Assembly: GCF_018977255.1 (NCBI RefSeq)
Contig: NW_024704743.1
Location: forward strand, 22,570,001 to 22,634,000
Origin: Callorhinchus milii
Taxonomy: Eukaryota
Reading direction: 5' to 3'
Length of the DNA stretch: 64,000 nt
Below, piece by piece: positions 63,740 to 64,000 of the stretch (positions within the stretch are counted from its first letter, which is position 1; each line of letters starts with the position of its first letter). The translations under genes and the position numbers were made by a program. The notes under the pieces were generated by a model. The model saw nothing but the letters and a program-made list of their open reading frames with translations, had not been told where the DNA came from and made no database searches.

Positions 63740-64000
63740 ACGGAGGAGTCACTGTAAAGTGCAGTGTCTGTGCATTTGTTTCGAAGCAAAGGTAGCAGCC
63801 AATCTACACGCAGCAATATCCCACAAATAGCCATGATGTGAATAACAAAATTTATTTGGGGAATTGTTGGCCAAGACACCGGGGGAAACTCCCTTCTCTT
63901 TTTAAATAGTGGTATGGGATCTTTAACATTCACCTGAACTGGCAGACACGACCTCGGTTTAATGTCTCATCCAAACGATGGCACCTCCGACAGTGCAGTG
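63740..64000 (-). mobile_element. Deu-domain SINE (AmnSINE1/SacSINE1-like); other copies at about 11480-11660(-), 12310-12552(-), 18745-19040(+), 20420-20775(-)
   Basis: GTCGGAGGTGCC...GATGAGACATTAAACCGAGG...AAAGATCCCAT core, recognised from memory of DeuSINE consensus sequences. Confidence 0.75.

Overview
This is vertebrate genomic DNA. Its repeat complement (young L2 and CR1 LINEs, tRNA-head SINEs with L2-type tails, Deu-domain SINEs) points to a cartilaginous fish, possibly a chimaera; this is an inference. The window holds one complete protein-coding gene, STT3B (oligosaccharyltransferase catalytic subunit), on the minus strand. It has 16 coding exons from ATG at 60593 to TAA at 17291, all introns are GT-AG, and the CDS is 2337 nt (778 aa). 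The WWDYG, DNNT, SVSE and DINK motifs are intact, the 3' UTR is about 1.5 kb, and the promoter is a CpG island. The left 8 kb may hold the last exon and long 3' UTR of an unidentified convergent gene. The most notable observations are: a perfect ERSE (CCAAT-N9-CCACG) upstream of STT3B; a 1.5-kb G-quadruplex-type minisatellite just inside intron 1; an unclassified, hairpin-rich ~570-bp repeat family ending in oligo-T; a MITE with a palindromic Harbinger-like target just past the poly(A) signal; an L2 tail fused to the exon 14 splice donor; and a short N-terminus with a non-canonical RKxx C-terminus. Apart from the STT3B exons, the longer ORFs in the track come from retroelement debris or low-complexity sequence.
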